In this document: positions 12,101 to 23,652 of the stretch, piece after piece
How the letters are laid out: every line of letters starts with the position of its first letter
Numbering within the stretch: position 1 is the first letter of the stretch
IMG/VR virus record: IMGVR_UViG_2786546475_000032
Coordinates: 1 to 64,000 of that record
DNA length: 64,000 nucleotides
DNA from: a virus
Lineage: Duplodnaviria > Caudoviricetes
Direction: 5' to 3' (one strand)
Translations under genes and position numbers: made by a program
Notes under the pieces: model-generated
Database searches by the model: none
What the model saw: the letters and a program-made list of their open reading frames with translations, nothing else
Told to the model about the DNA's origin: nothing

Positions 12101-13974
12101 GACTCTTGAAGAAATCAAAGAGATGGAAGGTTACAAGTGACTGAACAATATGATTTTGAAGGGCGTCATGCAAGTGATAAACTTGTAGAAGAGTTATTAA
12201 AGCAAGTTGAAGAAGGTGCTCCTAAACCACCATGGCTTACAATGGATATTATGAGGGCGTTTTATGAAACTCAAGAGCGAGTCTCCAATATGTCTTTTGA
12301 AGAGTATATAAAAATGGTGAGTGAAAGTTATGAAGATAGATGAAGATGAATATTATCGGAATATAATTATCAAAGGACAACAAATCTTTCAGGGCACCGT
12401 CGTAGAATATCTGCAACATAGGAAAGTTATGAATGATACCAAGATGAAAGCTCGTAAGTACGCAGCTATTTTTGAACTTTATGATCAAATCGGTACATCA
12501 AAGGTGATGTGTAAGCGAGAAAATATCCAAGAGATCATGGACTTCATCAATGAGCAATATGGCGAAGAGGTCTTGACAATGGATATCCTTAAAGAGCTTT
12601 ATAGAGTTCGTAATTGGGATGATGAAGATTTATTCGATATCTTGAGTGATTTGGAAGTTGATAATGATTTTTACACCTCTTATGATAATAGATCTTCTAT
12701 CAAAGAAGAACTTGAGGATATTTACAATGGCAGCTTCTAAAGAAGAACGAAAAGCCTCTAGTTTTAGAGGCTATGATATAGAGCGGGTTGGTGATCGGTT
12801 TAAGTTTAAAGACACCGATGAATGGGTGGATGAAACCTGGAAACAAAGACCTTGTGGATTTTGTGGTTTGAAAAATACCAAAGAAGGTCATGATGGATGT
12901 TTAGGTACTATACCCGATGCCTTAAATGCTTGTTGTGGCCACGGTGAGAAAGAATTAGCTTATATCCAATTCCCTGATAGAGATGTAAGAGGAGAAGCTG
13001 TTTTTCAATATTTGGAGAGTTTAAAATGATGAAATTCATTACAGGATTTATCCTAACAATTATCGTAACACTTTTCCTCACATTTTTGTCAGGATGTGGC
13101 CCGGAGCCTGGGGAAGTTGTTAAAGAGGATGTCAACGGTTATGACATTACTTACTTGGGAGAAACAAGACAGGGTACAAAAATCTATTGCCACCCGAATT
13201 GTCCACCGCTGGATAAGATCAGCGACCGAATTGATAAAATTAATATTCTCTTTAACGGGCACGGGGACGAAAAAGTAAAAAAGAGGCTTGCAAAAAACGC
13301 CGTTGTGTTGTATAGTGATGTCGAAATGTGGTTGGGAGACAGACAGATTTTCGGACTGACTTACTCAAGCTCCCAAAGGACGCAAATTTATTACCCTTAC
13401 CCGTGCGAGCCGAAGGGGCTTTGTAATGGGATTTTTGTTTATGAATTTGGTCACTTCTATATGTACCACATCGATCCAACCGGGACTGAACCAGAATGGT
13501 TGGAGTACAGGCAAAAACATAACTTACTGGAGGTTGACTGATGGTTGAAGAAATTCAAGACATTCAAGATGTTTACAATGCACAAGTTAAAAGATTCGCT
13601 CTTAACTGCGTAGAGGCTCATTTAACCTTTGAAGAAATCAAAAAGGGTTACGAATACATCAACGAGGCTTACCCAGATCTTATCAAGAAGGTCGATCCTA
13701 AGCTACGCGCCAAAACTCTAACTCTTGGAGGTAAAAAATGAACACTGATCAAATCAATTATACGAGAGATGTTTTCAAGGTTGTTGATGAATACATCGAG
13801 TGGAATCAATATGATATCACTGATAAAAAGAGATTCAAAAAAACTATCAAAAACATCACAGATACCTATAACGGAATTGACGAATTCGATATCAACGAAC
13901 TTTGGAATTTCATTTGTAATGAATGTGTGAGTTTTAGCTCGGATGATTATTGTTCTTACGAATACTCATACTAA
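9121..13974 (+). CDS. Cluster of small hypothetical proteins incl. Cys-rich Zn-ribbon ORFs (10991, ~12727)
   Basis: Contiguous same-strand ORFs with overlapping start/stop codons; CxxC pairs in 10991..11272 and 12646..13029. Confidence 0.55.
11480..11776 (+). CDS. XRE-family HTH protein
   Basis: ELKEFAYSLDVSPPTAQRWFDGKNMP matches the Cro/CI HTH pattern. Confidence 0.7.
   Translation: MRVRMSESVLKALKPYKLLAFGVKLTDSGHTITKEEFSHLIKTYLEVSGIELKEFAYSLDVSPPTAQRWFDGKNMPYQACAETVVKTIVKDLAEYYCE
13026..13541 (+). CDS. Putative lipoprotein
   Basis: Signal peptide ending in lipobox LSGC; degenerate zincin-like YEFGH. Confidence 0.55.
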   Translation: MMKFITGFILTIIVTLFLTFLSGCGPEPGEVVKEDVNGYDITYLGETRQGTKIYCHPNCPPLDKISDRIDKINILFNGHGDEKVKKRLAKNAVVLYSDVEMWLGDRQIFGLTYSSSQRTQIYYPYPCEPKGLCNGIFVYEFGHFYMYHIDPTGTEPEWLEYRQKHNLLEVD

Positions 13975-14008
13975 AATTCACAATTAAACCCTAGCAAAAG
14001 GTAGCAAC

Positions 14009-15058
14009 ATGTTACTCATCGGTTCGAAAGCGCTCGCTCATAATATCCACTACATCACGCGAGATTGCTTCAAAAAGAAAAGTAGTGCCCTCAATTCGTT
14101 TTCACAAGACTACGTGAAAGAACGTTCAGCAGAAGGTTCCGATTATGATATCCTTATCAGTAAACAAGGTCTCGCTGAGTTATTCGAGAAGATCTTGGTT
14201 GTCAAAAACAAGGATATCATTTCGGAAGTTGAAGAAAAACCTTATGGTGTATCCTGTCTTATGGATAGCCCTTACTACCATGGTAAGAAAGAACGTTATG
14301 AATTCTATTACACGGATGAAAACGAATCCGACAAGCAAATCTATGAAAAGTACGCCAAAGGGAGCTATGAACTTTGGGTGCCGAATTTAGGATTTTGTTA
14401 CGTCGCCCCTCTAGAAGTCTTATACTCAATCAAATTGTCACATATTTACTATCATGATAACTACCCACACCGCTTTATCAAACATGCAAAAGATATCGCG
14501 TTCATGAGGGATTATCTGGAGAAAGATCGTCTCTTCAACCTCACAAAGCTTCGCCGCAAGGATATGGAGAAGTATCGTGGGCTGCTTAAAGCTCCAACCT
14601 TGAATGGTCGTTCAAAAGAGGATTTCTTTAATGATAATGTTGTCAAATACTTTGTTCATGATGAAATCCATGAGGTTGTCGCGCACGAGGAAAAACCGAT
14701 GTACACCCGAATCCAAAAGGAGGGTGCCGAGGTCGAATGCACAAAAGAGCTTTGGGAGAAACTTTCTGATAGACAAAAGGCTCAATGTGTGCTAGAAGAA
14801 AGCTATGTTATCGCGTGTGAGCGCCTCCTCATCCCGATGATTATGGGAGCCTCCAAAAAGTTTGTAACGCCTCAGAATGCTTGGGAGTGGGCTTACATGA
14901 GGATCGGAACAACGCTTTGCAAGGGCTGGTTTCGGGCTTGGGCCGCGCGGAACTATGACAGTATTATTGCTGAATATAACCCCGAATACTGGAAGATCGT
15001 TTTTGAAGCGATTATGGAAGGTAAACTCGTACCAATCGAGGAAAAAGATGCTGCATAA
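14009..15058 (+). CDS. Phage nucleotidyltransferase-like protein
   Basis: N-terminal LIGSKAL and DYDI (GS...DxD) Pol-beta NTase signature; HDEIHE and TTLCKGWFR motifs seen in large-phage proteins. Confidence 0.65.
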   Translation: MLLIGSKALAHNIHYITRDCFKKKSSALNSFSQDYVKERSAEGSDYDILISKQGLAELFEKILVVKNKDIISEVEEKPYGVSCLMDSPYYHGKKERYEFYYTDENESDKQIYEKYAKGSYELWVPNLGFCYVAPLEVLYSIKLSHIYYHDNYPHRFIKHAKDIAFMRDYLEKDRLFNLTKLRRKDMEKYRGLLKAPTLNGRSKEDFFNDNVVKYFVHDEIHEVVAHEEKPMYTRIQKEGAEVECTKELWEKLSDRQKAQCVLEESYVIACERLLIPMIMGASKKFVTPQNAWEWAYMRIGTTLCKGWFRAWAARNYDSIIAEYNPEYWKIVFEAIMEGKLVPIEEKDAA

Positions 15059-15363
15059 AGTCTATGTAAACCCTACGAAACCAGTCGAGAACACTGATAT
15101 CACTTACATGAGTAATATCCAAATCTCGACTGTCGAAGGGAATGCTTACGAAGTCCTTGTCCGTTTGGCAACTGAGATTGAATTCTCTTACCATGAAGAA
15201 AATGATATTCAAATCCACTTTACCAAAGAGGATTCTCTTCATGTTCACGAAGACTTCATGAGGACACTATTGAATCATTGTAAAGCTAGTTGTAGATATT
15301 ATCAATCGAATATGCAAATCTTTGTTGGTCAAGATTTGATCTTTTCATTCAGCAAAATCACTC

Positions 15364-18300
15364 GTGAATATAAGGAATTTTGAGATGAAAAAACTAGAAG
15401 TAAATGAAAGAAAAATCATCAATGTTCAAGTCGAACTCGATGTTTTGATGGATGGTAAAACACCTGTTGAATTCATGCAGTATATGATGGAACATGGGTT
15501 GGCTGATGAAAGGATGTATATAGGAGATAAATACAATGGTTGGGGCTCCTATGAAACATCTCCATGCGTAAGAGTTGATGAGGAAGAGTCAGCGATTGAT
15601 TATTTTAGAGGTTGTAAAACTTCCCTCACTGAACTTTTGAAAGATGAGATCGAGAGGTGTGATAAGAATTTGATGCGTTGGGTGGAGAGTCTCAAAAAGG
15701 CTGATCCTACAGATACCAAAGCAGTAGAGAAGTGTCAAAGTTATATTGGCAAGTGGAACTTCGAAAAGCTTATGTGGGAGGATACTAAAAAGACACTCTC
15801 CAAAGCTCGCAGCACTGAAAAAATCATCAAGGTTATCGAAGAGTGTGAATATGTAGAGCTTAATGAAGATTGGCATCAAGCTGTGAGGGAATATAATGGT
15901 TAACATCAAGATTCCGAAGATGAAACTTCCTAATAACAATGGATTCACCAATGCTTATGTAGATATTACAGATCTACTTGAGGAATCTACAACCCTCGAA
16001 GAGTTTTATTCAAAGGTTGTAGAGTTGGGTTTACATAAGGATGAGTACGAGTGTGAACTCGGTAGTCGTTACGAAGGTCCGGTCGGTCACTATCCTTGTG
16101 TATCAGATTACAAACCCTGTATGACGATTATCAAGATTGGTGACATCCCTACGCCTAGTTATATTCACCAATGTAAAGAGCAAATCATCGATCATTTGGA
16201 AGATCTTATCGAAAACTTGAATAAGAAAGTTCAAACCCTCACTGATAAGATGATCGCTAACTTGATGGATGATAAACTACCTAAAGATTTAAAATTGATT
16301 AAAGAGTATAAGAATAAGATTAAAGAGATCGATGGGATGACATACGATCTTTATGACGCCGATCATATAGAGCTTGTCAAGATTATTTCGGAATTTGATT
16401 TTGTAGTCTTATCCAATGATTTTAAAGAGATTGTTAAAGACTACCGAAAGAGAGGTTTGTTGTGAATAAAGATACAATGGATTATATGGGCTATGTCTTC
16501 ACTGAGTTAGCTCAAGTTAAAAACTGCAATAAATACAACAAATTTTTAAAGTGGCTGTATGAAAATGTAGAAATGGCTAAAGAAGATATCTATAAGATTT
16601 GCGTAGACTGGTCTGAGGATTATCACATCTATCGTTTGAAAGAAGATTACACAAACTTCTACTTCTACTATGACCACATCCCGGCTTATTTAGATGGGGT
16701 TGTAAAAGAACTTAATAAGAAGTATCCATCTTCAACTATCAAACTAAAAAATGGTAAAGAGATGTTTGATTTTATGAAGAATGAATATGTTTGGCATCAA
16801 CTGGATTCATGGGATTAAAAATGGAAATTATATCAACACTATTTTTAGGCGTAATCTTTGGCTTCTGTCTGAGCGTTGTCTTGGTCATGTTTGCCATCAT
16901 TGTTCTCGGTGGGATTTTTGGAGGGCAACTAACAACACACGATCCTGAGCCCGCACCTGTACCACGCTACACTAGTCGTGTGATGACTCCAGAAGAGGTT
17001 GACGAGGTTATTTCGGAGGTGGATGAAGAGTTGAAAAATCTGGACGAACTAACTGAAGGGACTTCTAGAGAAGAGAACTTTTTTAACCCACAAAACTTTA
17101 CCAATTTTGAAGTAGAGTATTACAAAAAGAAGGTCGATGATGACATTGAATAGAAAAGAGTTTATTAAAGGTTAAAAACGGAGGAATGAAAATGAAAATG
17201 GAAGTTAAAAACGTCATGAGTCTTATGCGTGCTTACGCCGAACTAACAAACGATTACAAAAATGGTGATAGCTTTATTGACTATTCAGCCGACACCATCA
17301 AACTATGTCTGGATGTAGCTAGCGAAAGAGTTCGTAAAGATCTTCGCGATGAGATGATCGAATGTCTATTACAAAGGCTTGATGATGAGGATATCAAAGG
17401 ATTGGAAGTAGAACTTGATAAGGTTTGGGATGATTGGACCTATGAAGATCTTTACAAGCTTGCTGATGAAAAAGATGTCAGGGACGCATTACTTTATGAA
17501 TCATTCTTTAACAATTGGGATTTTAAAGATACGATTTTCGAACATGAAGCTGTAAAACTCTTGGAGTCATATGGTTTCGAGAACGTTTCGATCGATGATG
17601 TAAGCAACCCTCTTTACGGCTACCTTCAATCTTATAATTGGTGAATGATATGGATACAGTATTCAGTCATAATGGTGAAGACTTTGATTACGACAATATC
17701 GAAGAGGCGCTCTATGATGCTGTTGATAATTATGATTTTCCAGAAGATGTGGTAGATGGTGATTTTTTTAGAGTCTATGTATCTCAAGGATTAGTAAATA
17801 CGAATGAGGAATTAGCCGATTCTATTCTGGCGGATTACTTCTACGGATATAACGAAAGCGACCTTATGCAAATGTATCTTGATCTTATCAAGTTACTAGA
17901 TGAACACGAACCTTCTCGTGAGGTAACTGAGGTTAGACATCTTTATGCTAATGTTATGATCGCCAAGGTTTACGATGATGGTACTTACAAATTCATGACC
18001 GATCTTAAATTTTACCCAGCGGAGGAATGAAATGAAAGAAACAATCGAATATTTAAAAAGTCTTGTTGTATTAGCGTCAAAACTTAAAAACGTTAATGTT
18101 GACGGCGCTATCCTCGAATGGGTTTATAAAAATACGAATAAAAGCAATATTGTAATTCCTTATGAATGGAGAGGTCGCCAAAGGTATAAAATAGATTATG
18201 ATGTCGGATACCACTTACCCGAAGAAGACATCAAACCTTATTTTGAAGCCGAACTTGAAAAACTCAATAAGAAATACCCAAAATCAAACTTCCACCTCGA

Positions 18301-19579
18301 TTATGAAGGTCTAAAGGATTTTGAAGGCGGCATTGGTTATGAATTCCTTAAATCATGGGATTAAGAATGAATATTCAAGAAGATATCAAAAACCTTGTAG
18401 GAGTTCATGACGCTCTTACAAGGTGTCTTCCAGAAGAGGGCTATGAGTATGCTAAAGAAATCGCCCTAGACACCCTTCTGGAAGTTATCGAAAGTTTGAA
18501 AGAAAAGCAAGAGAAGTTTGATAGAGATTTAGAACTTGAATACGGAGTTGTGTGATGAAAGTATGGGAATTGAAAGAGATGCTAGAAGAAATGGATGATG
18601 ATCGTGAGGTTATTATCGCCAAGGATCGAGAAGGGAATATGCATTCGCCCCTCGATGAAGTTTGGCCCGGTACATACTACCCTATTAAAAAATGGTATGG
18701 AAATTTTGAAGTCTTTAAGAAGGATGAAGAAGGCCAATTGGCTATTGTGCTACTCCCTATCAATTGAGGTTGAAAAATGGATAAAGAAAAAGTAGAACAC
18801 TTCTCAAAAATCGTCAAGTTATTGACAGTTTATAAGAATTGCTGGGATAATGGAGAGGTTTTGAAATGGGTATTCGAACACAATAACAAAGATGGCGCAG
18901 TTGAGAAAAGAGATAATGGCATCAATGTCTCATATCGTATCGGCTATTGTACAAGGGATAAAATCAGAACTCTTGGAAAGGGTTACTTTAATATGAAATT
19001 GGCTGAGTTGAATGAAAAGTATGATTTCTCATTTGGGCTTACTATTGATGATTTTGTCGGTATCTCACAAGAGTGTGACTATCAAATCAAATCATGGGAT
19101 TAAAAATGGATGTTAAATTTAATTACAATTTTGAAGGATTGAGTGAAGAAGAACTCAAAGCTCTAAATCAACAAATCGAGGCTCATATTCAAGCAAAAAA
19201 GAAAGCACCCGTTACGCGCGAAGAAGCCTTCCTGAAAGAGCTTTCAGAAGTGATGGGTGTTAAGTTTTATAAAATCGAGAAGAATCAGTGGGGTGCTGTT
19301 CATTTTAGGTGTAAGATCGGTGAGGTATACTATAGAAACATTCTAAGGTTTGGTGAAGATACTATTCGAGTCATCTTCGATTGTACTTCACATCCTGAAT
19401 CTGTTGAAGTTGAAATAGATTGTGATGAAGGAATTCCTGAAAAAGAGTTTATCTTGGAAGATCTTAAACAATCTCTCTTAAAACTTTATGAGGATAACGA
19501 GGATTACATCTTTTTACTCGAACAAGAGAATGAGGAGATTCAAGACTCTATCGAAGACTTGGAGGATATTTTATGTTAG
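15364..19579 (+). CDS. Cluster of acidic hypothetical proteins, several paralogous (incl. three SWD-ending paralogs)
   Basis: Tandem ORFs; 16462, 18032 and 18777 share LxWxY/F-x-N, LNxKY and terminal SWD. Confidence 0.6.
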
Positions 19580-20136
19580 AACACGCACCAAATGTACCAT
19601 TCAAGCTCCCTAAAGATTGTTATGTTGTAGGAAGTTGTGTAGATCCTTTTCAAAGGATGTCTGAGGTGGGAGACATAGATCTTCTACCTACCACACCAAA
19701 AGCCCGTAAGAAGATCTTCAAGATCTTGAAAAAGAATGGGTATAAGAATAATAAATATAGAAATAATGATTGGAGAGATGTTTACGAAAAGGAAGATAGT
19801 CTTGATGTAGAAGTTATCAAGACAATGCCTTTGCAAGATTGGTTCGATACCTGTATCCTTCATGCAAGAAAGATCGCTGTAGATTATAAAGGAAAGCTAC
19901 ACTATCATAGTTTTTCTGTTTTAGAGGATCTTGAATACAAGATTATCCGTATTAACGGAGATCTTCAAGATGTGGTGAGAGGTTTATTATTGATTGATAA
20001 ATATCGTCAAAGAGGTTGGGCTATGAGTGTTAAAGATATTGAGGGTCTAGCTAAAATTATTAAAGATAGGGTTTTGGCAGACTATTTTGGTGACAGTTCA
20101 GCTTTATCAAAGATCTACAAAGGAAGTTATTCATGA
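19573..20136 (+). CDS. Nucleotidyltransferase (CCA-adding/poly(A)-polymerase head-like)
   Basis: YVVGSCV...DIDLL signature; KYRQRGW C-terminal motif. Confidence 0.6.
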   Translation: MLEHAPNVPFKLPKDCYVVGSCVDPFQRMSEVGDIDLLPTTPKARKKIFKILKKNGYKNNKYRNNDWRDVYEKEDSLDVEVIKTMPLQDWFDTCILHARKIAVDYKGKLHYHSFSVLEDLEYKIIRINGDLQDVVRGLLLIDKYRQRGWAMSVKDIEGLAKIIKDRVLADYFGDSSALSKIYKGSYS

Positions 20137-20596
20137 TTATCGTAACAGCGGTAGATCCGAGTTATCTCGGTATTGAAGATTTAGAAACCCTGGATAAAGC
20201 GTTTTTAAGGCATCAACGCCTCACTTTTAGCAGGCTGGACTACCTACCTCAAATTGAGCGTAGTATTGAAGAGCTTACTTATTATGAGCTTGAGGATGGT
20301 AAACCAGTCGAGAGAAAGCTCACCAAGCTTAATGTAAAAGAGGAGCCACCGAGGGAACTCCCCAAAGACGTAGATAAGTATAAGAAGGGTCCAAGATATG
20401 CTTACTGGACAACTGATAAACCCTTGGATGAAGTGTTGGAGGTTGTCTTTAAGGTCTTCTCACAAGTTATTGTAGAGGATGGTATTAGTCTTAATATCAA
20501 TGATTGGGTCGATCCTGACTATATAGATATCGAATATGACCCTATGAATACTTATCTAGTAAAAATTTACAACGGTTATAACGAATAGGAGGAAGA

Positions 20597-21361
20597 ATGA
20601 ACGATTACAAACATCAATTCGAAACATATTCAGGCAAAATGATTACAGTCGGTTTTCAAGACGGTGATTCTTTTCAACCTGAAGACTTTGTTCTGGCAGA
20701 TATCGCGAGAGGGTTAGCTGCTCAAACTCGTTACAATGGTCAGCAAGAGAAGCTCATTCCCGTAGCAGCGCATACGCTACTTTGTGTAGCACTTGCTGAA
20801 GAGCTTTACCCAAATATCAGTATCGAACAGCTTTACGAGATCCTTCATCACGATGATGCTGAAGCTTATATTGGAGATATGCCAAAAGACTTCAAGCTTC
20901 TTTGTCCACAGTTTGAAGCTTTGGAAAAGAGGATTTTGAAAGAAGGGATTTGTCCAGGTTTGGGATTCAGTCACCAATTTTCGAGCATCACGAAGGAAGT
21001 CGATAATCTTGCGATTCTTTATGAAAAGATTTTTGTTCATGGAGCCAAGAGTAAGCATAGTGATCGCAGGGTTGAAGGTATGATTAAGTTGCTGAATGAT
21101 GTCAATGATAGATACTATACAACTGTTGAAAGTTGGTTGCAAAATCTTGATGTCGAATGGGGCTGTTTTCCAAATAACTGGAGGCAGTATATAGAAACAC
21201 ACACCAAAATTGGTTTGAGTGAAGATCTAACAAAGATCCTTACTGAAATGGAAGAAGAGATCTCATGGAAGAGATGGGAGAGGAAGTGGTTAAATAAACA
21301 TCACCAACTCGAATGGAAGCTTGATAAATCCAAAGCACTTCGTAATGATTTGAGAGATTAA
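20597..21361 (+). CDS. HD-domain phosphohydrolase (YfdR/5'-deoxynucleotidase-like)
   Basis: DIARGLAAQTRYNG, VAAH, HDDAEAYIGD, D...E motifs. Confidence 0.8.
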   Translation: MNDYKHQFETYSGKMITVGFQDGDSFQPEDFVLADIARGLAAQTRYNGQQEKLIPVAAHTLLCVALAEELYPNISIEQLYEILHHDDAEAYIGDMPKDFKLLCPQFEALEKRILKEGICPGLGFSHQFSSITKEVDNLAILYEKIFVHGAKSKHSDRRVEGMIKLLNDVNDRYYTTVESWLQNLDVEWGCFPNNWRQYIETHTKIGLSEDLTKILTEMEEEISWKRWERKWLNKHHQLEWKLDKSKALRNDLRD

Positions 21362-22535
21362 TTTATGATAAAGTCCAAAAAGTTGTTTGAAATTATGGAA
21401 GAGATTTGTAAGGAGTGTTCGGAAGTCGATTCACTCCTACAAAGACTTAGTGTAAAAGAAATCAATAACTATCTGAAGATATTGCTTGAGGATGAGAAGT
21501 TTCAAGAGCATTTTATAGAGTGTATGAATGATGAGGTTTATTGGTTTAAGCAGTCGGATGATTCAGATGTGTATACGAGCGAGGTCTACTATTGGGAACA
21601 ATTCTTGATTGAAAAGGATTTCTCGAATTTTGATTTAGACAAGATTTATTCATTGATCCATGATGGAGACTTCTTGTATGAAGCTGAGGTCAACTGGTGG
21701 ATCAATCATATGAAAGTTAAGGATGTTTTGAAGTCTTACAATATTGAAATCGAAGAGGGTTTCGAAAGCCCACCTTCGAGTGTTTACACAATGGTTTCCA
21801 GTTATTGAGGTGAGTTATGATTTTAGAAATTGAAGACACGATGGCGGGGTTGCGAAAGGCGCGCGATAAGATTAATAGTCTCATGAGAGAAAAAGGTGAG
21901 GAGGCTTTAAATAACCTTCACCAGTTTATGCTTGAATTAGGTTTTGAACACCTCGATAATGAAACTGCGAGGGCTGTGTTGAACTATAGGTACGGCCTTT
22001 ATAAGTTCGAGTTGGAATTGACAGGGGATAACCTCAACATCCTGGTTTATTTGGGTGATCCCACTGATATAGGCCCATGGGGTGATAACTGTGTCGGAAA
22101 CTACAATTTAAAATTCGATAAACAAACGACTTTAGAAGAACTTCTTGAGAATTGGTGGGAAGCTATCGTAGATGGTATCTCTAAAACTGAAGAACGTGTA
22201 AAGTCCTTCCAAAGAATGGAAGCTATGGAGAGAGATTTCCTCGATAATTTCACCATGTTAATGCCTGATTTGGAGGAAGAATAATGCAAAGAACAAGGCT
22301 TTGTAAAGAAAGCTGGCACACCGGGATAATGGTTGCCAGCTTTTATACGGATTGGGCTAATGGATGGGATAAGAATGCTTTAGAGCTTTATCACTTCTTA
22401 TTCAACGAGGTGAGACCTATTGAAGCAGACTTGAGAATTGATACTAAAGACTGCACCATCTGGATTTATGGAAAGAGAGCTATTAAAAACATTGATAACG
22501 ATATACTAATCTTTTATAAGAACGTGGAGGGATGA

Positions 22536-23282
22536 ATGAGAGTAAATATTTTTCTAGAAGGAATTGATGGCGTTGGTAAGACGAGCTTGATGAACGCTTT
22601 AAAAGTAGCTTTGGATATGGATATCCAACAAAATCGGGAAGTGTTAAAGGATGGAGAATGGATTAAAGAAGGTGATAGGTTCTTGATGTGTGAGGGGTAT
22701 AGCTTCCCCACAAAACCACCAACGAGGTTCATCAAGGATAGTAAAACAACCTTCCAGATGTTATTCTATCACGCACAATTTTTGGAAGTATTGAATGAGT
22801 TGAGTGAGTATGCTTCACCCCCCGAGATTCTCATCTGGGATAGGTCGCCCTTGACAACCGCTGTTTATAACGGTGGTCAATTAACTCGTGGCCTTACCGA
22901 AGATACTCAACATATGTTCGATATGTTTACCCCCAACGATGCAGAGCCTTGTATTAATATGTTGTACTACCTCTCTTGTCCAGTAGAGGTTTGCGCCAAA
23001 AGATTGATGGAAGAAGAGCCAGACGATGATGTCGCCAAGCTCCCTGAAAAAGAGATGCTTTCGAAGTTAAACTCTTTAAAAGGGAGGTATAACAACTTAC
23101 TACACGGTTTAAAATTCAATGGACTAAATTCTATCGAGGAATTAGATTCGAACTTGCTGAATACTTACGAACTTTGCAAGATTATCGTATCTCGGGTGAG
23201 ATCTAAACTATCAGTCATCCACTTCACGAAGACTTTAAACTTAGATCCTTTAGTAGAGCAGCCAATTAAATACACCACCTGA
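22536..23282 (+). CDS. Thymidylate/dNMP kinase-like protein
   Basis: LEGIDGVGKTS P-loop, WDRSPLT motif, CAKRL lid. Confidence 0.78.
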   Translation: MRVNIFLEGIDGVGKTSLMNALKVALDMDIQQNREVLKDGEWIKEGDRFLMCEGYSFPTKPPTRFIKDSKTTFQMLFYHAQFLEVLNELSEYASPPEILIWDRSPLTTAVYNGGQLTRGLTEDTQHMFDMFTPNDAEPCINMLYYLSCPVEVCAKRLMEEEPDDDVAKLPEKEMLSKLNSLKGRYNNLLHGLKFNGLNSIEELDSNLLNTYELCKIIVSRVRSKLSVIHFTKTLNLDPLVEQPIKYTT

Positions 23283-23286
23283 TTTC

Positions 23287-23320
23287 AAACCCGGTTAGGA
23301 AATTCCTAACCGGGTTTTTT
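23287..23320 (+). terminator. Intrinsic terminator ending the + arm
   Basis: aaacccggttagg-aaatt-cctaaccgggtttttt immediately after the 23282 stop. Confidence 0.9.
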
Positions 23321-23610
23321 AATACCTTCTACAAAGGCGTCTAAGCGATTAGATTTTGAAAGGTAGGCGAGGGTATAGGAGAGGTGTTTAGAAGGGCTGA
23401 GAGAGGATTGTGTGAGGTCGTATGAGGAAGGTTTGGCGATTATGTGCGAGCGCTGAAGCAAAATGGCGGATTTTACAGAAGGTGCACGAGTGGATATTGA
23501 GGAAACCCGATGTGTATCTATTAGATTTACATCTACCAAAAAAGTCGATATGCCTCTCTTTATGATATAGCTTTTAGAGGGTATCTTTTAGATAGTGTAA
23601 AAAAGATAAT

Positions 23611-23642
23611 AAAAAAGCCCTATCCGAAGATAGGGCAATTTT
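23611..23642 (-). terminator. Intrinsic terminator ending the - arm
   Basis: aaaaaa-gccctatc-cgaa-gatagggc; UUCG-loop hairpin plus U tract on the - strand. Confidence 0.88.
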
Positions 23643-23652
23643 GAAGATGGGA

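Noticed and set aside
20597-23282. Modified-base (e.g. Z-genome) pathway inferred from the HD hydrolase, kinase and deaminase
   Set aside because: No PurZ, hydroxymethylase or queuosine-pathway gene is in the window; these enzymes are common in large phages
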